Source of the DNA: a virus
Taxonomy: Duplodnaviria > Caudoviricetes
IMG/VR virus record: IMGVR_UViG_3300046792_000108
Coordinates: 1 to 62,638 of that record
Strand: one strand, 5' to 3'
DNA: 62,638 nt
Shown: positions 44,128 through 53,304 of the stretch, piece by piece
Numbering within the stretch: position 1 is the first letter of the stretch
How the letters are laid out: each line of letters opens with the position of its first letter
The notes under the pieces: generated by a model
The model's database searches: none
Seen by the model: only the letters and a program-made list of their open reading frames with translations
What the model was told of the DNA's origin: nothing
Made by a program: the position numbers and the translations under genes

Positions 44128-45414
44128 ATGTTGATCTTCAAGTTGCTTGTTCTCCCTTGGCTCGTTGGAGCTTTAGGGAGATTTGTCAACCTATTCGATC
44201 TGACTGACTGGATCAGCATGGAGAGCCTCCGGGTTCTCATGAATGAGACCAAGTGCGCTACGTACTTCAACACGACTTACAACAAGGAGTTCAAACAAGC
44301 CTTCCCTGTTGGCAGTACCGTGCGCGTTCCGCTCCCACAGCGCTTCCTGGTTACCGACGGGCTCGGTTATCAGCCTCAACCAATTAACCGCATTCATACC
44401 ACTGTGAACGCTGATCAGTTCATCGGAGTTCACTTCGAGTGGGATGCTGCGGAAAAGGCTCTCAAGATGGGTCGTGATAAGGACTACATCAAGAGAGAAT
44501 TCATTGACCCCATCATGAAGCAGCTGGCGAACGAGCTTGACAGTCGCTGCGCACTGTGGGCTTATCAGAATACCAACAATGTGACCGGGGTCCTCGGGAC
44601 CAACCCCACAACTGTCACGCCTTTCGCCCAAGCTCGTCAGCGACTGAAAGAATTAGCTGCAACCGGTAAGGAAATGTGCATGCTCATTCCTCCAGCTGTG
44701 AATACGAACATGGCGACCAACCTAAACACTCTGTTCAATCCTCAGACGGATATCTCCAAACTGTTCAAAGACGGACAGCTTGGCCGGTTGCAAGGGTTTG
44801 ACTGGTATGAGGAAGTCAACCTCTGGTCGCATGTTGCCGGGACCTGGGCTGGTGCAGTAACAGTTAACGGAGCCAATCAGGTTGGTTCTTCGATCATCAT
44901 CACGGCAACTGCCGGCGACACCTTCAAGAAGGGAGATGTCATTTCCTTCGCCAATGTCAACGCGGTCAACCCGGTCTCACGCCGCATCATCGGTTCTGGA
45001 GTCAAGCATTTTGTGGTGACTCAGGATCTGACTGCGGCTGGTGGTGGAGTTGATGTCCTTCAGATCTCACCTCCAATCTTTGGACCTGGTTCTCAGTATC
45101 AGAACGTTGATGCTCTTCCGGCTAATGGCGCAGCACTGACATTGTGGCCAGGGACTGCAGCACCTAACGGCAAGCAAGGATTCCAGTCCCTCGGCATGAC
45201 TGAGAACGCCTTTGCCCTGGTTGGACTCGAGATGGAACTCCCGGAAGCTGTGGAAGTCTCGTCTCGCGCCCGTGATCCGCAGACGGGAATTGCCATCAGC
45301 TTCATCCGGCAGTGGGATTCTCTCCTCTACCGCATGACCAACCGGTTCGATATGCTCTTCGGATTCGGAAACCTATACCCTGACAACTGCGCTGTTCGCG
45401 TGGCCTGCGCATAA
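44128..45414 (+). CDS. Major capsid protein (P22 gp5 coat family)
   Basis: GSTVRVPLP, KKGDVISF, RFDMLFGFG..P; position. Confidence 0.92.
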   Translation: MLIFKLLVLPWLVGALGRFVNLFDLTDWISMESLRVLMNETKCATYFNTTYNKEFKQAFPVGSTVRVPLPQRFLVTDGLGYQPQPINRIHTTVNADQFIGVHFEWDAAEKALKMGRDKDYIKREFIDPIMKQLANELDSRCALWAYQNTNNVTGVLGTNPTTVTPFAQARQRLKELAATGKEMCMLIPPAVNTNMATNLNTLFNPQTDISKLFKDGQLGRLQGFDWYEEVNLWSHVAGTWAGAVTVNGANQVGSSIIITATAGDTFKKGDVISFANVNAVNPVSRRIIGSGVKHFVVTQDLTAAGGGVDVLQISPPIFGPGSQYQNVDALPANGAALTLWPGTAAPNGKQGFQSLGMTENAFALVGLEMELPEAVEVSSRARDPQTGIAISFIRQWDSLLYRMTNRFDMLFGFGNLYPDNCAVRVACA

Positions 45415-45422
45415 GGAGCTAC

Positions 45423-46406
45423 ATGAAGAAAACTTTTCTCTACGCTTTAATCGTGGGGATTCTCTCGATTACTCCTTTGGGAGCGCAGACGATCCTTACC
45501 AACACAACCTTAGCTGCGGCTTTGAACGGCACGTCCAGGGATCAACTCCTGACCGTGGCAAGCGCAACAAACATCAATGCCCCAAGCCCTCAGGACGTCA
45601 CGAAACAAACCTATCTTTACATCGACAGGGAGGCTGTGGAAGTCCGGGCTGTTAACGGGACCTCAGTTTCTGTGATCCGTGGAGTCTCGTCAACTACTGT
45701 AGCAGCTCACAAAAGTGGTGCGGTAGTTTTTGTCATTCCTGCCTCACTAACGCTCTACACAGGAGGTAGGTACGGGGATGCTCCTGGTGTACCACAAGGG
45801 TCTTGTACCAGAAGCAATGAGCTTGTTCTGCCTCGAATCCAGTTCCAGAGCGGTATGATCTCTGATTGCTTGGGGGGTCAATGGGTTACTGGGGACATGC
45901 TCCAAACTTCACGAACTACGAACAGCCTATTGAGATCACCTGAACCAGGAGCTACCGCGCTAACCGCGCTGGAAACTGCTGGTACGGCCGCAGCAGCTGC
46001 CACAGAAATCTACTGTACAGAAGTTACACTCCCCTACAGTATGTTGCTGACTGGTGCAGCTGTTCTTAATGGGACTACTGTCGGAACCAACAAGCACTTC
46101 ATTATCCTTTATGACTCATCGGGTAACGTGCTTGCCACTTCCGCAGTAGCCGGAACAACCACCGCCGGAGCTTCAGTTTATCAAAAGCTGAATTTCGTCA
46201 GCAAGTATCTGGCAGTTGGCCCGAACCGGTACTTCGTCTGTGATGGTCTGAACGGAACGACTGATACTATCCGTCATGCAATCACGGCAGTCAATGACAA
46301 TATCATCGGAGGAGCAGTAACTGGTCAAGTTTTTGGCACAGCCGCAGCTGTTACTCTCCCAACAACTTTTACAACGGCCAAAGCACCGTACGTGGCCTTG
46401 TTCTAA
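45423..46406 (+). CDS. Signal-peptide-bearing putative capsid decoration/virion protein
   Basis: MKKTFLYALIVGILSITPLGA|Q; IDRE..V.RG..T.AAHKSGA.V domain; follows coat. Confidence 0.75.
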   Translation: MKKTFLYALIVGILSITPLGAQTILTNTTLAAALNGTSRDQLLTVASATNINAPSPQDVTKQTYLYIDREAVEVRAVNGTSVSVIRGVSSTTVAAHKSGAVVFVIPASLTLYTGGRYGDAPGVPQGSCTRSNELVLPRIQFQSGMISDCLGGQWVTGDMLQTSRTTNSLLRSPEPGATALTALETAGTAAAAATEIYCTEVTLPYSMLLTGAAVLNGTTVGTNKHFIILYDSSGNVLATSAVAGTTTAGASVYQKLNFVSKYLAVGPNRYFVCDGLNGTTDTIRHAITAVNDNIIGGAVTGQVFGTAAAVTLPTTFTTAKAPYVALF

Positions 46407-46426
46407 CAATTCTCTTCCTTAACCCT

Positions 46427-46451
46427 GGGGGCTATGGAGCCCCCGATTTTT
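46427..46451 (+). terminator. Intrinsic terminator
   Basis: GGGGGCT-ATGG-AGCCCCC followed by GATTTTT. Confidence 0.8.
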
Positions 46452-46461
46452 GAAAGGATTT

Positions 46462-46986
46462 ATGTCAGAATCAACTGATGTTGAACAGATTGCCAACAAG
46501 ACCTTTCCTCTTCGTCTTTATCACAGGACCCGCCCTTCTGTAGTTGTGACAAACAAAGAAGAGAAGACTCAACTAATATCTCAAGGGTTCACAACCAGGT
46601 ACCTCCACGAGGAGTATCCTGTTATGGTCTATCACAAAACGAAGAAGGTCAAAGAACATGGGCATACACTCGTTCCCGCTTCCAAAATCGTCAAGAATGC
46701 CGATGAGGAAGAGAAACTCGGCTCAAACTGGAGCAGAGAGCATCCCGGGGTGACCTACATCGACAATACCGGATTTGAGGATATTGGCGAGAAACACGTC
46801 AAGTTTCTTCAGTCCAAGGGTTTTCGCGTGGGGAGTATCGAGGATGCCCAGGTTTACTTCTCTCAGTTGAACGACGACATGCAGGAAGAATTCCTCCAGC
46901 AGGTTGAAGATTGGGACGAGTCAAGTCTTCCCGTTAAATCTGAAGTCCCGAAGATGAAAACGAAGAAGAAATCGAAAGAGGAATAG
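46462..46986 (+). CDS. Hypothetical protein with duplicated P..YH..V...EE motif
   Basis: FPLRLYH..VVTNKEE and YPVMVYH..IVKNADEE. Confidence 0.7.
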   Translation: MSESTDVEQIANKTFPLRLYHRTRPSVVVTNKEEKTQLISQGFTTRYLHEEYPVMVYHKTKKVKEHGHTLVPASKIVKNADEEEKLGSNWSREHPGVTYIDNTGFEDIGEKHVKFLQSKGFRVGSIEDAQVYFSQLNDDMQEEFLQQVEDWDESSLPVKSEVPKMKTKKKSKEE

Positions 46987-46989
46987 CCC

Positions 46990-47724
46990 ATGAGCATAGC
47001 CATTTTGGATCTCATTGCTGCGGCGTATCTTGAGTTCAACTTCATCGCAGCGGGAGAACCCGTCCCGGATGAGGATGCCGTCTTTGCACTCAATAAGATG
47101 AACCTCATCCTGGATGAATGGGCTGGTGATGAGTTCTATGTGTATAACACCACCATTCAACTGTTCAATTACACTGCCAATCATCAGCCGACCCTGATTG
47201 GCCCCACAGCTGTGGCTCCGGATTTTGTTCTCCCAGGACCACGCCCAGTCGGGATTAGGGATGCTGGTTGGATGTTAGGAACTGTGAGGGTTCCTCTTGA
47301 CATCCTAGACGATGATGGTTGGTCATCCACTTCGATCAAGACTCAGAAGGCAGTTACTCCCCTGAAACTTTACTACACACCCAACGTCCCGAACGGGTCT
47401 ATCTTCCTGTGGCCCATTCCAACAACCTCAAGTCAGGTAGAACTTGAGATGGAAAACCTATTGCAACAGGTTGCCGATCTGAATACTCAACTAGACTTAC
47501 CCACAGGTTATCAGGCTGCAATGACTTTGACTCTGGCAGAGACACTTGAACACTCTCTGGGATTTCCTCCAACTCCAGGGTTAGTTGCCGGGGCGAACAG
47601 GGCAAGGTTGAAGATTCAGCAACGCAATGTGGAATCACCTCGCTCAGGGACAAGAGATGTTGGGATGCCTGGCGGAAAAGCTACGAGTTGGAACTTTAGA
47701 ACCGGTCCTTATAGGAGAGGGTGA
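46990..47724 (+). CDS. Head-tail adaptor (P22 gp4-like)
   Basis: DLI..A....GE......AL..MN..LDEW; LP.GY..A...LA; position. Confidence 0.75.
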   Translation: MSIAILDLIAAAYLEFNFIAAGEPVPDEDAVFALNKMNLILDEWAGDEFYVYNTTIQLFNYTANHQPTLIGPTAVAPDFVLPGPRPVGIRDAGWMLGTVRVPLDILDDDGWSSTSIKTQKAVTPLKLYYTPNVPNGSIFLWPIPTTSSQVELEMENLLQQVADLNTQLDLPTGYQAAMTLTLAETLEHSLGFPPTPGLVAGANRARLKIQQRNVESPRSGTRDVGMPGGKATSWNFRTGPYRRG

Positions 47725-49535
47725 TGGGAGGTCAATTCGGTCTTGTAGGACCAACATATTCGTCTCAGTCTCCTCGCGCTGATGGTCAGAGGTGTATTAA
47801 CTTATACCCTGAGAGGGATGAAAGTGGAGAGGGGAAATACGAGTGGACTCTTTACGGAACTCCTGGACTGGCTCTCGCCTATGATCTTGGAGTAGGAATT
47901 ATCCGGTGTATCTTTTACTCAGGCACTCGGTGTTTTGCCATAGCGGGGAACTTTCTGTGGGAACTGATGGCTGATGGTACTAAGGTAGAGATTATGCAGG
48001 TAGCAGCAGATGCTAACCCTGCGTACATCTCCTTTGGTATTCAACAGCTGATGGTAGTGTCGGGGTCTCATGGGTATTGTATTCTTCCCAATGGGACAGT
48101 AGTTGTAGATCCCCCAGGGTTGGTTGTACCTAGACAGGTTGACTATTGTGATGGATTCTTCGTTGCAATGAGAACAGATGGTAAATGGCAGGTCACCCTG
48201 GACGGAACCGACTGGACCGACCCAGGATTCATCTCTGCAGCCTCAGTTTTCTCCGAATCTCCAATCTCTCTCATCTGTGATCATCGAGAGGTTTTTCTAC
48301 TTAGTGCAAAGAGAGGTGTCTTTTACCAGAACACCGGAAACACCTTCCCATTTGATGTGATCACCGGATCAATGACTGAGATGGGCATCGGAGCTATCGA
48401 CAGCATCACCCGATTGGATAACTCGATCTTCTGGTTGGGTCAAGATGAGCGTGGCGGTAGAATGGCCTGGAGGGCTCAGGGACAAACTCCTGTAAGGATA
48501 AGCAATCATTCCACTGAGCATTTTTGGAACAAGAAGAAGCAGTATCCAACGATTGCAGATGCCATCGGGTGGGCATATCAGGAAGAAGGTCACACTTTCT
48601 GGGTCGTATATTTCCCTACGGCGAACACTACATGGGTTTTTGATGCGGCTACTAACATGTGGCACGAGAGATCATTTCGAGATAAGACAACCGGAAAAGA
48701 TCTTGCACACTTAGGTAGATGCCACGCCTATGCCTTTGATCGGCACCTAGTAGGAAGCCGAGTGGACGGAAAAATCTACGAGATGAGCCTTCCTGTCGAT
48801 AATGGAAACGGAGGATGGAACTTTGTCACAGATGCAGGAAATCTCATCCATCGAATCAGGATTGCTCCTCCTATCTCTCGTGAGAATGAACGAGATCGTT
48901 ACAGCCGATTGACTGTGGAAATGGAAGCCGGGTTAGGTCCTCAGCCTCCGTTACAAGGAGGAGGGATTCCGACTATACTGACTTTGGCAGATATCAACGG
49001 AGCTGTTTGGGATGTAACTATCAAAGATGATGGACAGACCTTCGGGTTTGCTCCGAGTCCCAACATTGCTAAGGTTTATAAGCTGACTGAACCGGGGTTG
49101 ACTACGACTTGGCAGTTAGGAATTGATGCCCAACAAAGATTCACAACTACAGCTATTGCTTTGGACATAACTCAACCTGTGGGCATCGACATGATTAGCG
49201 TAGCAGGAACAATGGAGTTCACTTTGCAGGTAACAGCTCAGGGCCTGATTCAAACAGTAGCAACTGGAGAGATCTCTAGAGACCCACAACTCATCGTATC
49301 CTGGTCTGACGACGGAACCAGGACGTGGAATGTGAATCCTCGCATACTTAACTGTGGTCAAGCTGGAGATTTCAAGCGAAGAGCAATCACCAGCCGCATG
49401 GGTGCTTCTCGTAATCGCAACTATAAGATTGAGTGCAGTGACCCAATTCCGTGGAGAATCTTGAACGCCACCCTGAAGGGTGACCAATTCCAACCAACCG
49501 AAAGGTATGTGAAGCAAGTAGGTAAAATCTCATGA
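47721..49535 (+). CDS. Tail hub / packaged-DNA stabilization protein (P22 gp10-like)
   Basis: CINLYPE..TPGL, YQEEGHTF..TWVFD..WHER, WSDDG. Confidence 0.85.
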   Translation: MMGGQFGLVGPTYSSQSPRADGQRCINLYPERDESGEGKYEWTLYGTPGLALAYDLGVGIIRCIFYSGTRCFAIAGNFLWELMADGTKVEIMQVAADANPAYISFGIQQLMVVSGSHGYCILPNGTVVVDPPGLVVPRQVDYCDGFFVAMRTDGKWQVTLDGTDWTDPGFISAASVFSESPISLICDHREVFLLSAKRGVFYQNTGNTFPFDVITGSMTEMGIGAIDSITRLDNSIFWLGQDERGGRMAWRAQGQTPVRISNHSTEHFWNKKKQYPTIADAIGWAYQEEGHTFWVVYFPTANTTWVFDAATNMWHERSFRDKTTGKDLAHLGRCHAYAFDRHLVGSRVDGKIYEMSLPVDNGNGGWNFVTDAGNLIHRIRIAPPISRENERDRYSRLTVEMEAGLGPQPPLQGGGIPTILTLADINGAVWDVTIKDDGQTFGFAPSPNIAKVYKLTEPGLTTTWQLGIDAQQRFTTTAIALDITQPVGIDMISVAGTMEFTLQVTAQGLIQTVATGEISRDPQLIVSWSDDGTRTWNVNPRILNCGQAGDFKRRAITSRMGASRNRNYKIECSDPIPWRILNATLKGDQFQPTERYVKQVGKIS

Positions 49536-50335
49536 TGAAAAAAGTTTTCGTAGTATTGATGCTTTTCGTGTTTCTCGCTTGCACTGTTGGATTCATGCAG
49601 ACCCACACTTTTGCTGCGTTGGATACAAACAATGCTTTTACTGGGACTAATACCTTCAATGGGTCAACTTCATTAAGCACGATCACCTCAAGTACAAAAC
49701 TCAGCGAGATTGCAGCTCCTTCTTGTCTAGCCGGGTTTGACTTCCTCTGGGCAGATTCAACAGCTCATCGAGTCAAAGAATGTGATAACGGGGGGTCTGC
49801 GACTCAAGTCGTTCATTCTGGGGTAGACGTTAGTACCGCGGATCAGGTAACAGTTACTCACCTGGCGTCTCCTCTTCCTCAAGCTCAAGGAGGAACTGGA
49901 CAGAACTCATCGGCAACTTTTCCGCTTTCAGGGGTTGTATCTTCGACTATAAGTTCTGTTGATCTTACTGGTCAAAATGCCGCCATAACTACTACTAACC
50001 TGAACTCAACAACCCTGGTCGCAGGTCAGTATGAGGTGTCTTGGAACTCGAAAATTACTACTGCTGCGGGGGCTTCATCAATATTAGGCGGTTTAACCTT
50101 GGGGTGGACAGATCCGGATAACACGACTCAGAGTTTAACCGTGGTGGCAACTACTCTTGGGGGGACTGTTGCCCAATCCTCAGCCAATAACACCACAGGA
50201 ACTATGTTACTTGGAGTTCCAGTTCTTCTAAACGTGAAGTCCAGTACGAACATCACTTATGCCTTTGCTTATGCTTCAAATGCTGCAAACATCATGACTT
50301 ACAATCTCCATATAAAACTGAAAGCACTGCAATAA
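49532..50335 (+). CDS. Signal-peptide-bearing tail-associated protein
   Basis: MKKVFVVLMLFVFLACTVG; NAFTGTNTF; LPQAQGGTGQ fibre motif. Confidence 0.7.
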   Translation: MMKKVFVVLMLFVFLACTVGFMQTHTFAALDTNNAFTGTNTFNGSTSLSTITSSTKLSEIAAPSCLAGFDFLWADSTAHRVKECDNGGSATQVVHSGVDVSTADQVTVTHLASPLPQAQGGTGQNSSATFPLSGVVSSTISSVDLTGQNAAITTTNLNSTTLVAGQYEVSWNSKITTAAGASSILGGLTLGWTDPDNTTQSLTVVATTLGGTVAQSSANNTTGTMLLGVPVLLNVKSSTNITYAFAYASNAANIMTYNLHIKLKALQ

Positions 50336-51049
50336 ATGGCATTACCAGTCCCATCATTCCATCAGCTTAAAGACCCGATAATCGGGAAGGATGGAAAGCC
50401 GACTGTATCTTTCAAGAAAGTTCTCCAGGAGTGGCAGACAAAGCTTAATCAGACGATTACACTTCTCGGAGAAATAAACTCCAAGATTCCTATTCAAGGT
50501 CGAACTGAAGGAATCGGGACGACTGTTCAGCATGTGGATGCCACAGGGAATCTCGTCAGCCTAGCGAATGTCAATAACACCAATACAGATCTATTAACAG
50601 ATGGGACTGGAACTCCTCTGACAGGGGGAAAACGAGGAGCTATTGCCCTAGACACAAACAGCCGGCTGGTTGATTCATTCCGCAACGTCCCAATGGATGT
50701 CTCGAACACTCCGACATCGGCAACTACTCTATCCAACAACGGGATATCGACTGCGATACCTATTGCAGCAAGCATCAACCAATTCAGTCCTGCGACTGTG
50801 AGCTATAATTCAGGTTCGGTTGACCCGGGAGTATTCGGAGGTCCTAACTTTGTTGTGACATCCGACTCGACCTTTGCCGGAGGAGCTGTTACTTATACCT
50901 CGAGTACCTCACCGCAAACCCAAACTGACGACAAAGGTCATGTGCTATTCGGCTCAATTACTACAGTGAATGGAGCGGCAAAGACTGGCGGAGGAAACAC
51001 CGGGGGAACTGGAGGTAAGGCAGGAGGGAGAGGTTATGTCCAATCATAA
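50336..51049 (+). CDS. Putative tail protein
   Basis: Position; Thr/Ser/Gly-rich. Confidence 0.6.
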   Translation: MALPVPSFHQLKDPIIGKDGKPTVSFKKVLQEWQTKLNQTITLLGEINSKIPIQGRTEGIGTTVQHVDATGNLVSLANVNNTNTDLLTDGTGTPLTGGKRGAIALDTNSRLVDSFRNVPMDVSNTPTSATTLSNNGISTAIPIAASINQFSPATVSYNSGSVDPGVFGGPNFVVTSDSTFAGGAVTYTSSTSPQTQTDDKGHVLFGSITTVNGAAKTGGGNTGGTGGKAGGRGYVQS

Positions 51050-51440
51050 AACTAAAGTGATTGAAGTTTTACAGGTCGCGGATGGTATCGTTTCCGTCTG
51101 CATCTCTTGTTGTGACCTTCACGGGGAATGGAATCCTTGTGTCAACTGTGGTGGATGTCCTGACGGGTGTTTGAACTGTCTTAAAACTGCTCTTGAGCCT
51201 CACCCGTCTGGAGGTCAATTTCCCGTTGTGCGCCCAGGCTATGTGAAAGATCCAGACACTCGCTCGTGGAATACTTTTCATATTGTGGCACAGGAACCAA
51301 CAGGACCGCGAGTAAGAACGACTGATGAACTCCAAAAGTTCTTAGATGATCAACACGAGAGGATAGCTTCTCAACACGAAGCAGCTAATCAGGCTATTAA
51401 ACATGCTAATTCTCTCGTTGGTCAAGAGGTCAAGCATTGA
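51036..51440 (+). CDS. Cys-rich hypothetical protein
   Basis: CISCC..CVNCGGCPDGCLNC. Confidence 0.65.
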   Translation: MSNHKTKVIEVLQVADGIVSVCISCCDLHGEWNPCVNCGGCPDGCLNCLKTALEPHPSGGQFPVVRPGYVKDPDTRSWNTFHIVAQEPTGPRVRTTDELQKFLDDQHERIASQHEAANQAIKHANSLVGQEVKH

Positions 51441-51919
51441 TCTCGATTATTCATCCGTGTCCTTTGGAGAACCTACCTGTGGTGTGGGGGTGGCTTTCTC
51501 ACTTTGCTAATGAGACATTGGATTCTAATGCCCCGAATAATCTCGGGGAATTTCTTCGTAGTGAAGCTATATGTAGGATGAATGGCGGAAAGACCTTCTG
51601 TATCCATAACGATGGGGTAATGGTCGGAGCTGTTTGGGTTGAAAACATTGGAGATGGTATCGGGGTTGGGCATCTGGTATTTGATCCTGGCCACACCATT
51701 TCTACCTCAGAAAAGCTTTATTCTTCAAAATTGGTCATGAAAGAGATCTTTCAACACTTCAGGAAAGTGATGTGGGCATTCTTTGCAGATAATCGAGCTT
51801 TCCGCGTGTTCCTTAAAAGAATGGGAGCAATCGAGGAAGGCATATTTCATCAACACGTCAGGCGTGGGTCTGACTTTGTGGATCAGGCCTGGATGGCTTC
51901 GTTCCCGGAGACCAAATGA
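51437..51919 (+). CDS. GNAT-fold protein
   Basis: ADNRA..FLKRMGAIEEG; typical position before ejection proteins. Confidence 0.7.
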   Translation: MISIIHPCPLENLPVVWGWLSHFANETLDSNAPNNLGEFLRSEAICRMNGGKTFCIHNDGVMVGAVWVENIGDGIGVGHLVFDPGHTISTSEKLYSSKLVMKEIFQHFRKVMWAFFADNRAFRVFLKRMGAIEEGIFHQHVRRGSDFVDQAWMASFPETK

Positions 51920-53295
51920 AAATTCTGTTTGAGTTGTGGTTACGTCCTATCGCTCAAGGGATTATTGGAACAACTGCTGCATTACTTGGCATTGGATTAG
52001 CCAGTGCAGCAGGAAGTGCAGCCTCAGGAATCATCGGGTCAAGCGCTGCTAGTAAAGCTGCTCAAGGACAATCAGATGCGGCATTACAAGCTGCGAATCT
52101 ACAGCATCAGGATGCTCAGGCCGCGTTAAAGTTCCAGGAACAGCAGTATCAAGATTCGATTACCAGGATGCAGCCGTGGTTGAGAACTGGTTCTGGGGCT
52201 ACTAACACGCTGGACTACCTGATGGGAATGAGTCCTCAATTCTTAAATTCAGTGACTCCTGGTACTCCTTCTCAATCAACCCCTACACTCCCGAATATTG
52301 CAAGTCCTGGTGGACAAGTTCCACGGACAGGTATTCCTCAGGTTTCTTCTGGTAATCCTTTAGCTAATGACCCCAATCTAGGACCGCTTGGGCCGAATAT
52401 GACTGGTGGCGGGACTCGTCAGCCAATTCAAGATGGTTCGGCTACTGGAGGAGGTCCGGTCAATCGGTTTGCAGCAATGGTCCCGCAGACAGGGATGGCT
52501 ATTGATAACAATGGAGTAGTTAATGCCGGTATCCATCCTGGCAATACTACTGCTAATGCGAATCCCGGGACGGTGCCGTTCCAGAATCCCGACATCGGCA
52601 CCTTTAACGCCGGGCCTCCAGGAACAGTTACAGCCAGCACGGGGGGAGCGGTTACGGCAGATGGTTCACCGGGGATGGTACCGAAAACCGACGGTGGAGA
52701 TCCTAATGCCATAGCGGCAGCTTCACCTGGTAGTGCTCAAAGCACGTTACCTGCCGGGTTCTTGAACCAGATTTGGGACAAGCAGTTTCAAGCCCCAGAT
52801 CAATTAACCGAGCAGAATGACCCAGGATTTCAGGCTCGTCTAAGACTTGGGTCTGACACTCTTGAGAGATCTGCTGCAGCTCGTGGCAATTTACTCACCG
52901 GAGGAGAAGCTAAGAATCTTGACCAGTTTGCTCAGGATTATGCTTCGAACGAGTATGGTAATGTGTATAATAGAGCTGCGAACACGTTCTCAACAAATTA
53001 CAACATCTTCAAACAGAATCAAAATGATATCTTCAACCGTTATGCAACCTTGGCTGGGTTCGGTCAAACAGCTGCCGGAGAATTAAACAACTCTGGGGTA
53101 GCAACCTCGGGTCAGGTAGGAAACACCCTCTTGACCTCTGGTGCTCAAATTGGTAGTGATATTCAAGGAGCAGCCGCTGCCAGGGGTTCAGGATATGTAG
53201 GGAGTGCAAATGCGGTTACTGGAGCTATTGGTAGTGGAATCAATAGTACGGCTGATCTACTAGCCTTATATCAAGCAATGCAGAAACACGCATAG
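51916..53295 (+). CDS. DNA ejection protein (P22 gp7-like)
   Basis: Gly/Ala-rich N-terminus; DPGFQARL..ERSAAARGNLLTG..AQDYASNEY. Confidence 0.8.
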   Translation: MKILFELWLRPIAQGIIGTTAALLGIGLASAAGSAASGIIGSSAASKAAQGQSDAALQAANLQHQDAQAALKFQEQQYQDSITRMQPWLRTGSGATNTLDYLMGMSPQFLNSVTPGTPSQSTPTLPNIASPGGQVPRTGIPQVSSGNPLANDPNLGPLGPNMTGGGTRQPIQDGSATGGGPVNRFAAMVPQTGMAIDNNGVVNAGIHPGNTTANANPGTVPFQNPDIGTFNAGPPGTVTASTGGAVTADGSPGMVPKTDGGDPNAIAAASPGSAQSTLPAGFLNQIWDKQFQAPDQLTEQNDPGFQARLRLGSDTLERSAAARGNLLTGGEAKNLDQFAQDYASNEYGNVYNRAANTFSTNYNIFKQNQNDIFNRYATLAGFGQTAAGELNNSGVATSGQVGNTLLTSGAQIGSDIQGAAAARGSGYVGSANAVTGAIGSGINSTADLLALYQAMQKHA

Positions 53296-53304
53296 GAGAA
53301 AGAA

